A stretch of 64,000 nt of DNA from contig JAIOYP010000003.1 in assembly GCA_021741155.1 (NCBI GenBank), forward strand, positions 7,950 through 71,949, given 5' to 3'. Shown piece by piece: positions 50,157-59,223 of this stretch (the stretch's first letter is position 1; each line of letters starts with the position of its first letter). The notes beneath the pieces are model-generated. The model was given only the letters and a program-made list of their open reading frames with translations, was not told the DNA's origin and searched no databases. Source of the DNA: Flavobacteriales bacterium. Its GTDB lineage: Bacteria; Bacteroidota; Bacteroidia; UBA10329. The position numbers and the translations under genes were made by a program.

Positions 50157-52358
50157 TTACAAGGTAATCCACCATATCATTTTTAGCACAACGGCTCTAT
50201 TTTTTACAGAAAGCGTTTGGTCGTAATTGTCGGTATAAACCAAGTATAAATCAGACATGGGTTTAAAACGCCATTGAAAACGCGCGTTAATATTGAAATT
50301 GTCTTGCTGCGTGTTGTACTGAAAAAAGGTTGTAAAGAAAATGCTTCTCGTAAAGGAGAATTCAAATTTGGGCCCTATCAAATGTAAACTAGCCTTTAGC
50401 CCGTTAGGAAGCCAAATTTGATTTTGATCATAAACCACGGAGAAAATGCCCCAAGGTTGGGTACGATAATTAACGGTAAGATTGGAACTAATCTTCTGAC
50501 CTGAGAAATACGAGCCATACTCGACCGAAGAAGAACCGTTTAATCGTTTTCGTGCATTAGTCTTGTAAAAAATGCGACCGGTTCGGTAATCGTATCCACC
50601 TTTTGAAATAAAATCTTGATTGGTAAACGTAACATCGGTGTTGAAGAATAGCTTAGTAAACCACTCGTTGTAATTGAATTCTAGGTAAGATGTATTGGTG
50701 AATTTGACTTTATAAAAAAGTTGAATCTGTCTGTCGGTTTCGCCCCAGTATTCATCAAAGTAGCCATCATAATAAATACCTGGAGCGTGGTAATTAACCA
50801 CGTTTCCATTTTTAGGATAAAATCGGTGCTCAATACTTGGCTCTAGCCGCCAATAGGAATGTTGCTCCACTGTGCCAGATTCGGGATTGAAACGAGACAA
50901 GCGGGGTACAAAACCCACTTCGGCATTGTAGCTTTTGTTCACGTATTCGTGGTTCCAATGCACGGTTAGATTGGCCGAATTGTACATGAGCCACGTGGCA
51001 TTTGCACCCACAAAAGCCTTATCGCCAGGCGAAAATGAATGGTGATAAAACGCCTTTCCTTGCCATTTTCCGTTGGCTGACGCCAAATCGAAATCCAATC
51101 CAAGTAAGCGGTTGTAATCTGACCACAGCGGTTTATACAAATCGAACGCTTGCTTATTAACGAAGATCATTCCGATGTTGGAACGCTTAAACACGCGTCT
51201 TTGCACTGCTGCCACCACAAAATTCTCGGAATTGGAACCCTGTGGAACACCGCCCTCGGTTTGCATGCTCATAATGCCAATGCGCCAATTCTGGTTCACT
51301 TTTCCACTCAAGCGAAAACCGCCTAAAATAGGAACAACCTTTCCGTCTTGAAGGCCAATTCTGCGACTGAAAAACGGTCTTATCTTGCTGAAACCGAAGC
51401 GTGCAAAAAGGTCGTTGTTCTCAATAAAAAACTGACGTTGCTCCGGAAAGAAAAGCGAAAAACGCGATAGGTTAGTTACCTGCCGGTCTACTTCCACTTG
51501 CGAAAAGTCTGGACGCACAGTTAAATCAAGATTGAGCGATGAGGTAACCGCAATCTTGGCGTCTAGTCCCAGATTCCATGGAACTTTCGTTTTCTTCTCC
51601 ACTTCATAATCGTGATTCACGCCTACGATTCCGTAGGGAATGAGCGAAACGTTGCCGCCAGCTTTTTTCGGTGGCGCATCCCATATGAGTTTGCCTGTGT
51701 AGGCCAGATTGGCCACGTTCTGACCGCGCTGCACCCAGCTCCATGTACTGCTTTCGTTCTGCTTGAGGTCGTTGCGGGCGAAATTGATGCCCCATTCCGA
51801 AATATCTGAACGATAACGGATGGACTTGAATGGAATCCGCATTTCAACGGTCCATTTTCCTTCCTCAATCTTCACTTCGCTGAACCAGCGATTGTCCCAA
51901 GCGGTGGTCACGCCAAATCCGCCTCCGTTTTCGAGCGTTCCTTCGCGTTGTACGCCCAAGGGATTGACGGAAAAATTGAAGCCATTGGCGCCATCGTCAA
52001 ATGGGTCAATGAATATTCCGAAAGCATCACTCACGGGAAAGGAAAAGTCGCGCTTCAGCGACTCAATGATGAAACTTCCCGGCACAGGATCGTGGCAAAT
52101 GGCGCCAACGTAAAGGTTCTTATCGTCATAGGTCATCATCACCTCCGTGAGGGTCTGCGCCAAGGAACTATCGTAAGGAAAGGTCTGCTGAAAATCCTGC
52201 GCCACATCGGCCGTAAGCCAATCAGCATCATCCAAAACACCATCCAGCCTGATCTCGCCTTGCGCCTTTTTGATGCGCATCATCCGCACTTCCTGACCGA
52301 GGAGGGAAAACGGAAAAAGGAGAAAAAGAAAAATGGCAGGTCTATGCATAGGCAGCAA
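50157..52358 (-). CDS. CBM9-like + DUF5916 outer-membrane protein
   Basis: IRLDGVLDDADW, YDDKNLYVG, NPLGVQ, WTVEMRIPF, PDFSQVEVD, LFFPEQRQFF; start 52358 or 52349. Confidence 0.85.
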   Translation of the reverse strand: MLPMHRPAIFLFLLFPFSLLGQEVRMMRIKKAQGEIRLDGVLDDADWLTADVAQDFQQTFPYDSSLAQTLTEVMMTYDDKNLYVGAICHDPVPGSFIIESLKRDFSFPVSDAFGIFIDPFDDGANGFNFSVNPLGVQREGTLENGGGFGVTTAWDNRWFSEVKIEEGKWTVEMRIPFKSIRYRSDISEWGINFARNDLKQNESSTWSWVQRGQNVANLAYTGKLIWDAPPKKAGGNVSLIPYGIVGVNHDYEVEKKTKVPWNLGLDAKIAVTSSLNLDLTVRPDFSQVEVDRQVTNLSRFSLFFPEQRQFFIENNDLFARFGFSKIRPFFSRRIGLQDGKVVPILGGFRLSGKVNQNWRIGIMSMQTEGGVPQGSNSENFVVAAVQRRVFKRSNIGMIFVNKQAFDLYKPLWSDYNRLLGLDFDLASANGKWQGKAFYHHSFSPGDKAFVGANATWLMYNSANLTVHWNHEYVNKSYNAEVGFVPRLSRFNPESGTVEQHSYWRLEPSIEHRFYPKNGNVVNYHAPGIYYDGYFDEYWGETDRQIQLFYKVKFTNTSYLEFNYNEWFTKLFFNTDVTFTNQDFISKGGYDYRTGRIFYKTNARKRLNGSSSVEYGSYFSGQKISSNLTVNYRTQPWGIFSVVYDQNQIWLPNGLKASLHLIGPKFEFSFTRSIFFTTFFQYNTQQDNFNINARFQWRFKPMSDLYLVYTDNYDQTLSVKNRAVVLKMIWWITL

Positions 52359-52391
52359 AAGTAATCCTCTCTATCGTTGAATTTCTATCCG

Positions 52392-52421
52392 TATTTTTGT
52401 AATCACTTAGTAATTACAAAA
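52392..52421 (+). promoter_or_regulatory. TA operon promoter with overlapping palindromic operator
   Basis: TATTTTTG -7 box (52392-52399) overlaps ttttgtaatcact-t-agtaattacaaaa (52395-52421, one mismatch). Confidence 0.7.
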
Positions 52422-52660
52422 TGAAAATTCCAATAATTAAGATCGGCAACTCAAAAGGGCTTCGCATCCCGAAAATGCTCATCGACAGATATGCATTTGA
52501 AGAAGAGGTGGAGGTGGAATTGACAGACGAGGGTCTGGTGGTGCATCCGGTTAAGAAAGTACGTCAAGGTTGGGGTGACGCCTTTGCCAAAATGCACAAG
52601 AACGAGGATGATGTGCTGTTAATGGATGATATATTCAGCGATGAGGAATGGGACGATTGA
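52421..52660 (+). CDS. AbrB/MazE-family antitoxin
   Basis: IIKIGNSKGLRIPK..R.GW..AF; acidic tail. Confidence 0.9.
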   Translation: MKIPIIKIGNSKGLRIPKMLIDRYAFEEEVEVELTDEGLVVHPVKKVRQGWGDAFAKMHKNEDDVLLMDDIFSDEEWDD

Positions 52661-52980
52661 GTGTTGAACAATATGCGGTGGTACTGATCAACCTTGACCC
52701 AACAATAGGAAGTGAGATCAAAAAGACCCGTCCATGCTTGATCATCTCTCCAATCGAAATGAACCAGCACCTACGAACCATAGTTATTGCACCCTTGACC
52801 ACCACCATGCGCAAATATCCTTCGCGCGTCAAAGTGCATTTCTCGGATAAGGAAGGTATGATCGCATTGGACCAAATTCGCACCATTGACAAGCAGCGAA
52901 TCATCAAAACTTTAGGCGGCATCAAACCAAGTGAAATAAAAAATGTGAAAGAGGTATTGATGGAAACGTATGTACGCTAA
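52648..52980 (+). CDS. PemK/MazF-family mRNA interferase toxin
   Basis: NLDPTIGSEIKKTRPCLIISP, DQIRTIDKQR; start 52648 (ATG) or 52657 (TTG). Confidence 0.92.
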   Translation: MGRLSVEQYAVVLINLDPTIGSEIKKTRPCLIISPIEMNQHLRTIVIAPLTTTMRKYPSRVKVHFSDKEGMIALDQIRTIDKQRIIKTLGGIKPSEIKNVKEVLMETYVR

Positions 52981-55565
52981 CCCCTCAAAACCGCGCCAAC
53001 TTCCTGTTCAAATCGCTGTTGGAGTCGGTTCATGGTTTTTTCGATAGTCTTATCGTTAAGGGTGGCTTTCTCATCCTGAAGAATGAAACTCATGGCGTAG
53101 GAGCGCTTGCCTTCTGGTACGCCTTTTCCTTCGTACACATCAAACAAATCAACCTCTTTGAGAATGTTTCTTTCTGTTTGAAAAGCAAGTTGCTCTAGCT
53201 GGGCGTATTTCACGGTCTTGTCTACGAACAGAGCTAAATCTCTTCGAACCGAAGGATACTTGGCCAACTCGGTTACTTCAATCGAATTTAGTGCGGAACG
53301 TTTTAGGACCAAGTCCCAATCGAAATCGGCATAGAACACCTCTTGGTCGATATCAAAAGCCTCAAGAACATCTGCATTGACCAGACCGAAATTGGCGAGG
53401 AGCTTTCCGTCCTTGGTTCGGAATTCCATGCCATAAGCATAGGCTTTTGTGCCCGTCACGTCATGCAACTGTGCTTCGATTCCAAGTCTGTTTAGAATGG
53501 ATTTTACCGCGCCATGAATATGATGGAAAGTGGCATTTCCTGCCGCAGCATTCCAACGTTCCTTCTGCCACCTGCCAGTGATGAACAGTGCCAGAGAACG
53601 GTGTTCGCTGTAAGGCCAAACAACCCCATCGGCCCCCGCCCCCTCCAAAGGAGGGGAGGTGCGCTCCGATTTAACATTACCAGAATCGTCCGACCGAGTC
53701 ACCGCGAATTCCCCTTCCCTTCGGGGAGGGGTCAGGGGTGGGGCTTGCTTCCCTTCTTTGGAGGGGTTGGGGGAGGTTTCATACAGATTTCCGAATTCGT
53801 AGAATTTGCAGTTCAGATTCTGATGTCGGATGTTACGCGAAACGCTTTCCAAACCTCCAAAAAGCAATGACTGACGCATGGCGTTGAGGTCGGTACTGAG
53901 CGGATTCAGAATCTCCACCTTAGCATTGGCCTGTTCTGGAAAAAGCTTGTCCATGTAACTCGCTTTCGTCAGCGAATTGTTCATGATCTCGTTGAAGCCT
54001 TGGGCCGTCAACGCATCCGAAACCAAGTTGCGCAACTGCTCTGGGCTTTTCTTATTGGAAGCAATCAACGGTACGCGTAATTGTCCGCTGCCCAAGATGC
54101 GGTCGTAGCCATAAACGCGGAGTACCTCTTCAATCACATCAGCTTCGCGGGTCACATCATTCTTGAAGGACGGCACGGAGAGTTTCAGCCCGTCTTCCCT
54201 CTTCTTCTCCACATAAATACCCAGATCATCGAGAATGGAAAGCACGGTTTCCTTGGGAATGTCCTGCCCGATGAGTCGGTTGATATTGGCAAACTTCACC
54301 TCCACCTTTTGGTGCGGAATCGGATTTGGATAGATGTCGGTGATGACAGACAGTTTTCCGCCAGCAACTTCCTGAATGAGAAGGGCGGCACGTTTAGCTG
54401 CATAAACAACCGTTTCGGGGTCGATTCCTCGCTCAAACCGGAAAGAAGCATCGGTGCTCAATCCATGACGTTTGGCCGTTTTTCGGATGGAAACAGGATT
54501 AAAGTAGGCGCTTTCCAAAAACACATTCTTGGTTTTTTCGGTCACACCTGAGTTCAATCCACCAAACACACCTGCAATGCACATACCATCGCTTGCATTG
54601 CAAATCATCAAATCATCTTGATTCAAATCTCGTTCAACTTCATCCAACGTGGTAAATTTCTCTCCTGTCTTGGCTGTGCGTACAACTACTTTATGATCTT
54701 TAATCTTATCGGCATCAAACGCATGCAGCGGCTGACCCAGTTCGTGCAATACGAAATTGGTGACATCAACCACGTTATTAATAGGCCGAGCGCCAATGGC
54801 TTTCAGTCGATTTTGCAACCAAGCTGGCGATGGTTTTACTTCAATTCCTTGAATGTAAAGCCCAACGTAACGCGGACAAGCCTCCAAATCCTGCACATCG
54901 ATGGCGATTGGGTTCTCCTTCAATTCGGCCGAATAGCCCATCACATCAGGCCATTCCAATTTCAGGTTTTCGTGACCACCTTTTATCTCACGGATAACAG
55001 CTCTCAGGTCGCGCGCCACGCCAATATGGCTCATGGCATCGGCTCGGTTTGGCGTGAGACCTATCTCGAGCACAAAATCATTTTCAATCTTGAAATACTC
55101 GGAAGCCGGTGTCCCAACCTTTACATCGGCAGGAAGAACCATGATACCATCGTGGCCCTGGCCTAGGCCAATCTCATCTTCGGCACAAATCATCCCTTCA
55201 GATACTTGCCCTCTAATTTTCGATTTTTTAATCTCAAACGGCTCTCCTTCTGATGGATACAGCTTTGCTCCGACCACAGCTACAACTACCTTCTGCCCTG
55301 CTGCAACATTTGGCGCGCCACAAACGATATCCAACGGTTCACCTGTTCCAATATTCACTTTGGTGCAGTTAAGACGATCGGCATCGGGGTGTTTTTCCTT
55401 GCTCAAAACTTCGCCAATAACCAGTCCTTCTAAACCGCCTTCCACAGACGAAAAAGGGATGACTTTTTCTACTTCCAAACCGCTTCCCGTTAGGAGCGCG
55501 GCCGCTTCGTTCACGTCAAGGTTGATAGGTAAATATTGGCGAAGCCAGTTGTAGGAAATGTCCAT
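52977..55565 (-). CDS. pheT: Phenylalanine--tRNA ligase beta subunit with an in-frame repeat insertion
   Basis: HPDADRL, VCGAPNV, GLTPNRADA, GQPLHAFD, RFERGID, PSVRRDLA FDX-ACB domain; 862 aa. Confidence 0.98.
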   Translation of the reverse strand: MDISYNWLRQYLPINLDVNEAAALLTGSGLEVEKVIPFSSVEGGLEGLVIGEVLSKEKHPDADRLNCTKVNIGTGEPLDIVCGAPNVAAGQKVVVAVVGAKLYPSEGEPFEIKKSKIRGQVSEGMICAEDEIGLGQGHDGIMVLPADVKVGTPASEYFKIENDFVLEIGLTPNRADAMSHIGVARDLRAVIREIKGGHENLKLEWPDVMGYSAELKENPIAIDVQDLEACPRYVGLYIQGIEVKPSPAWLQNRLKAIGARPINNVVDVTNFVLHELGQPLHAFDADKIKDHKVVVRTAKTGEKFTTLDEVERDLNQDDLMICNASDGMCIAGVFGGLNSGVTEKTKNVFLESAYFNPVSIRKTAKRHGLSTDASFRFERGIDPETVVYAAKRAALLIQEVAGGKLSVITDIYPNPIPHQKVEVKFANINRLIGQDIPKETVLSILDDLGIYVEKKREDGLKLSVPSFKNDVTREADVIEEVLRVYGYDRILGSGQLRVPLIASNKKSPEQLRNLVSDALTAQGFNEIMNNSLTKASYMDKLFPEQANAKVEILNPLSTDLNAMRQSLLFGGLESVSRNIRHQNLNCKFYEFGNLYETSPNPSKEGKQAPPLTPPRREGEFAVTRSDDSGNVKSERTSPPLEGAGADGVVWPYSEHRSLALFITGRWQKERWNAAAGNATFHHIHGAVKSILNRLGIEAQLHDVTGTKAYAYGMEFRTKDGKLLANFGLVNADVLEAFDIDQEVFYADFDWDLVLKRSALNSIEVTELAKYPSVRRDLALFVDKTVKYAQLEQLAFQTERNILKEVDLFDVYEGKGVPEGKRSYAMSFILQDEKATLNDKTIEKTMNRLQQRFEQEVGAVLRG
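53631..53778. repeat. Three REP-like units inserted in frame in pheT
   Basis: Units at 53631-53658 (+), 53705-53743 (-) and 53751-53776 (-); spacer gcgctccgatttaac matches 36788-36802. Confidence 0.93.
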
Positions 55566-55658
55566 AGTGCAAATTTGTGCCGCGAAATTAAGGTTTGTAG
55601 CTTGGAATACTTGGCTAACGGTTCACCGAGAATTCCACCAAATGCCGCCATTGAGGTT

Positions 55659-55666
55659 TACATTTG
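55659..55666 (+). promoter_or_regulatory. -7 box 5 nt before the sua5 ATG
   Basis: TACATTTG cgctg ATG. Confidence 0.55.
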
Positions 55667-55671
55667 CGCTG

Positions 55672-56631
55672 ATGGCCGAAATAGGAAAAGACATACAGAA
55701 AGCTGCGCGCCTTCTCAGGCAAGGAAAGTTGGTAGCTATTCCAACAGAAACGGTTTATGGATTGGCTGGAAATGCATTCAACGAAGAAGCAGTGCTGAGC
55801 ATATTCGAAACTAAGAACAGGCCGCAGTTTGACCCATTAATTGTTCACTGTTCTGATGTTGAATGGATAAAGGAACATGTGGCTGAAATAACTCCGCTTG
55901 CTCGAACATTAATGGATGAGTTTTGGCCTGGTCCTATGACCTTGGTATTGCCTAAAAAACCGATTATTCCAGATGTGGTTACTTCGGGCTTAGATAACGT
56001 GGCTGTAAGAGTTCCATCACATCCAATGGCGCAGCAACTATTGCGGATGCTCGATTTTCCGTTGGCCGCGCCAAGTGCCAATCCATTCGGGTATGTAAGC
56101 CCAACTACTGCGCAGCATGTTCAGGATCAACTAGGCGACAAAATCGATTACATTTTGGATGGCGGCCCCACCACAGTTGGACTAGAAAGCACCATCATTG
56201 GATTTGAGGAAGGAAAACCAATTGTATATCGCCTAGGAGGATTGAGTGTAGATGTGATTGAGGATCTAATCGGCCCTGTTGAGGTTGGTCTAAACCAATC
56301 CTCAGATCCCAAAGCCCCAGGAATGCTGAAAAGCCATTACGCTCCAGGCAAGCCGCTTTATTTCGGTAATCCGGGCGAAATGATTTCAGACTTTGAAGGA
56401 AAAAGAATTGGTTTTCTTGGTTTTATGACGCGGTTAGAATTCCTTCCACCCGAAAGACAATTAATCCTTTCGCCCCATGGAGATTTGCACGAAGCGGCCG
56501 TAAACTTGTTCTCATTCATGCGGAAGTTTGAGAAATTTCCCGTGGATGTGATTCTGGCTGAAAAGCTACCCGAAATTGGACTAGGAAAAGCAATTAATGA
56601 TAGGTTACGGAGAGCTGCTGTGAATACGTAG
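55672..56631 (+). CDS. tsaC: L-threonylcarbamoyladenylate synthase (Sua5 type)
   Basis: AIPTETVYGLA, KNRPQFDPLIVH, AAPSANPFG, PGMLKSHYAP; start re-called at 55672. Confidence 0.95.
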   Translation: MAEIGKDIQKAARLLRQGKLVAIPTETVYGLAGNAFNEEAVLSIFETKNRPQFDPLIVHCSDVEWIKEHVAEITPLARTLMDEFWPGPMTLVLPKKPIIPDVVTSGLDNVAVRVPSHPMAQQLLRMLDFPLAAPSANPFGYVSPTTAQHVQDQLGDKIDYILDGGPTTVGLESTIIGFEEGKPIVYRLGGLSVDVIEDLIGPVEVGLNQSSDPKAPGMLKSHYAPGKPLYFGNPGEMISDFEGKRIGFLGFMTRLEFLPPERQLILSPHGDLHEAAVNLFSFMRKFEKFPVDVILAEKLPEIGLGKAINDRLRRAAVNT

Positions 56632-56726
56632 GGGTTTGCCGTTGTCATGCTGACGAAGGAAGCATCTCATTCAATAAAAAAGAGATTCCTCGTGCCTCGG
56701 AATGACAAAATGGAAACGCCCCTATG
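56627..56726. repeat. Nested palindromic repeat: GTAG-type outer arms enclosing a TTGTCAT...ATGACAA element
   Basis: Outer cgtaggggtttgcc / ggaaacgcccctatg; inner 56642-56708 with atctc/gagat internal stem. Confidence 0.8.
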
Positions 56727-58836
56727 ACACCCTCGCCCAATTGGGTCTGTCCTTCATTTCTTTTACAAGGTGATGTTTGGTTAACGCGTTTTCGCGCTTC
56801 TCCAACTTTGGGTCGTCTGTTAGCAGGTCGATGGCGGTACTACGCGCAGCTTGCAATATCTGTCCATCCTTACTCAAATTGGATATTTTGAAAATAGGCT
56901 GACCGCTCTGTTGCGTTCCCTGAATATCGCCCGGGCCGCGCAGGCGCATATCCACTTCCGCAATCTCAAAACCATCGTTGGTGCGCACCATGGTTTCCAT
57001 CCGTGTGCGGGCCTCCTGACCAAGCGCGTAACCGGTCATCAGCACACAAAAGCTTTGCTCTGCTCCTCGCCCAACCCTTCCGCGAAGCTGATGCAACTGC
57101 GAAAGCCCGAATCGCTCGGCACTTTCAATTACCATCATCGAGGCATTAGGCACATCAACCCCAACTTCAATAACCGTGGTGGAAACCATAATTTGCGTTT
57201 TGCCTTCCTTAAAGCGCTGCATCTCATATTCCTTGTCCTGCGGTTTCATCTTCCCATTCAGAACGCCCACCTGATATTGCGGCTGTGGGAATTCACGCAC
57301 TATGGATTCGTACCCGTCTGTCAAGTCCTTATAATCCATCGTTTCGCTCTCATCAATAAGCGGATAGACTACATAGATTTGCCGCCCAAGAGCGATTTCC
57401 TGCTTCATAAAATCGAAAATCTTTTGGCGAGCAGAATCAAATCGATGGAGCGTTTTTATTGGTTTTCGGCCGGGAGGAAGTTCATCAATTACCGAAGTAT
57501 CGAGGTCGCCATAAACCGTCATGGCCAAGGTGCGCGGAATGGGCGTTGCGGTCATAATGAGCATATGCGGCACTTCTCCATCATTTCCCTTGAGCCACAG
57601 TTTGGCGCGCTGCTCTACACCAAAACGGTGCTGCTCATCCACAATTACCAATCCCAATTTCTGAAACTGTACAACCTCCTCAATCAGCGCATGTGTTCCA
57701 ATGAGAATATGAATTTCTCCGGTTCTAAGCTGCTCATGCAAAATCCTTCGCTCGGCCGTTTTGGTTGAACCCGTAAGCAAGGCAATATGCAGGTTAAGTT
57801 TTGATAGAAGTGCTGAAATGTTGGAGAAATGCTGCTCGGCCAAAATTTCGGTTGGGGCCATTAGTGCTGCTTGATATCCGTTGTCAACTGCCAATAGCAT
57901 CGACATCAGTGCCACAATGGTCTTTCCGCTTCCTACATCTCCCTGCACCAAGCGGCTCATTTGTTTTCCTGAGCCAAGGTCATGTCGAATTTCACGAATC
58001 ACACGCTTTTGTGCTCCTGTAAGTTCAAACGGCAAACATTCGGAATAAAAACGATTGACCATTTCGCCAACTTCGGAGAAAACTGCTCCTTTAAATTTGT
58101 TTTGATTGAGAATTTTCAACTTCAACAATCGTAGCTGAATAAAAAACAACTCATCAAATTTTAATCGGAAAAGTGCCTTCTGTAATGTTTGGCTGTCTTG
58201 CGGAAAATGAACATTAATGAATGCTTCTTCGCGCGACATCAAATGGTTCTTTTCACGAAAATCGGACCCATACAATTCGGCTACATGTCCTTGTCCTTTG
58301 AGTTGCAAAACGAGCGTATTCATCAACTTGCCAATGGCTTTGGTATCGAGGTTCTTGGCCTTTGCTTTTTCTGTTCCAGAATAAACCGGCTGAAGCGCAG
58401 TTGATACTTTTTTCTCTCGCGATTCGGCCGTTTCAAATTCGGGATGAACGATATTGTATTTACCCTTAAAATTGGTGGGCTTACCAAATACCACGTAGTC
58501 GATTCCGGTCTTGAGATTAGGCTGCACCCATTTAATGCCTTTAAACCAAATGAGTTCCATGGCGCCTGTACCATCGGTAAACTCGGCCACCAATCGCATG
58601 GCTCTTCCTGTGCCAATTAGCCTAACCGAAGTTATTTTTCCTTGAAGTTGAATATCGCCTTCAACGTTGGCAATGCCGCTGATTTGGTGCAACTGCGTTT
58701 TATCGACATAGCGGAATGGGAAATGCTGCAGCAGATCGCCATAGGTTTTGATATGAAATTCTTCACGCAACAATTTGGCGCGCTCGGTACCCACGCCAGA
58801 CAGAAATTCGATAGCTGTTTCGAGAAAGGGTTTCAC
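56722..58836 (-). CDS. recG: ATP-dependent DNA helicase RecG
   Basis: GTG start; QGDVGSGKT, DEQHRFG, MTATPIPRTL, HQLRGRVGRG, DMRLRGPG. Confidence 0.98.
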   Translation of the reverse strand: MKPFLETAIEFLSGVGTERAKLLREEFHIKTYGDLLQHFPFRYVDKTQLHQISGIANVEGDIQLQGKITSVRLIGTGRAMRLVAEFTDGTGAMELIWFKGIKWVQPNLKTGIDYVVFGKPTNFKGKYNIVHPEFETAESREKKVSTALQPVYSGTEKAKAKNLDTKAIGKLMNTLVLQLKGQGHVAELYGSDFREKNHLMSREEAFINVHFPQDSQTLQKALFRLKFDELFFIQLRLLKLKILNQNKFKGAVFSEVGEMVNRFYSECLPFELTGAQKRVIREIRHDLGSGKQMSRLVQGDVGSGKTIVALMSMLLAVDNGYQAALMAPTEILAEQHFSNISALLSKLNLHIALLTGSTKTAERRILHEQLRTGEIHILIGTHALIEEVVQFQKLGLVIVDEQHRFGVEQRAKLWLKGNDGEVPHMLIMTATPIPRTLAMTVYGDLDTSVIDELPPGRKPIKTLHRFDSARQKIFDFMKQEIALGRQIYVVYPLIDESETMDYKDLTDGYESIVREFPQPQYQVGVLNGKMKPQDKEYEMQRFKEGKTQIMVSTTVIEVGVDVPNASMMVIESAERFGLSQLHQLRGRVGRGAEQSFCVLMTGYALGQEARTRMETMVRTNDGFEIAEVDMRLRGPGDIQGTQQSGQPIFKISNLSKDGQILQAARSTAIDLLTDDPKLEKRENALTKHHLVKEMKDRPNWARVS

Positions 58837-59061
58837 GGCTTTAAAAGTAATTGGTTGAGTGGGCTTGCCGAAATTGAATCTCTCTTAATTCAATGGTAAA
58901 GCGTTGGTTACAATCGTAATTATGCCACACCGTTCTTGCTTACTTAAATAGAAAAACAAGTTGCCGCAGTACTTTACCAGAGCCGAGCGTTAGTAGCCTT
59001 ATCCGAGTTAATCCGACTTACAATCAATTCTAATTTTCGAAAGAACACGACTCTAAGAAAC

Positions 59062-59091
59062 AAAAAAGCCTTCTCGTTTGAGAAGGCTTTT
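59062..59091. terminator. Intrinsic terminator after tRNA-Val
   Basis: aaaaaagccttctc-gttt-gagaaggctttt. Confidence 0.85.
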
Positions 59092-59094
59092 CTT

Positions 59095-59172
59095 TGGTGG
59101 GAAATGAGGGATTCGAACCCCCGACCCCCTCGGTGTAAACGAGGTGCTCTGAACCAACTGAGCTAATTTCCC
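59095..59172 (-). tRNA. trnV: tRNA-Val(TAC)
   Basis: GGGAAATTAGCTCAGTTGGTTCAGAGCACCTCGTTTACACCGAGGGGGTCGGGGGTTCGAATCCCTCATTTCCCACCA. Confidence 0.97.
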
Positions 59173-59184
59173 GAATTCGGGCTG

Positions 59185-59214
59185 CAAATGTAACTAAGGA
59201 TTTGAAACTTACAA
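59185..59214 (-). promoter_or_regulatory. Promoter of tRNA-Val
   Basis: TACATTTG at 59192-59185, TTG 19 nt upstream. Confidence 0.75.
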
Positions 59215-59223
59215 GAAGAATTT

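Noticed and set aside
56851-57768. 305-aa ORF on the + strand
   Set aside because: It lies wholly antisense to recG and has no recognisable motifs; a shadow ORF.
58837-59172. tRNA-Val as an integration site with a remnant downstream
   Set aside because: I found no duplicate of the tRNA 3' end in the window; the tRNA has an intact terminator followed by recG.
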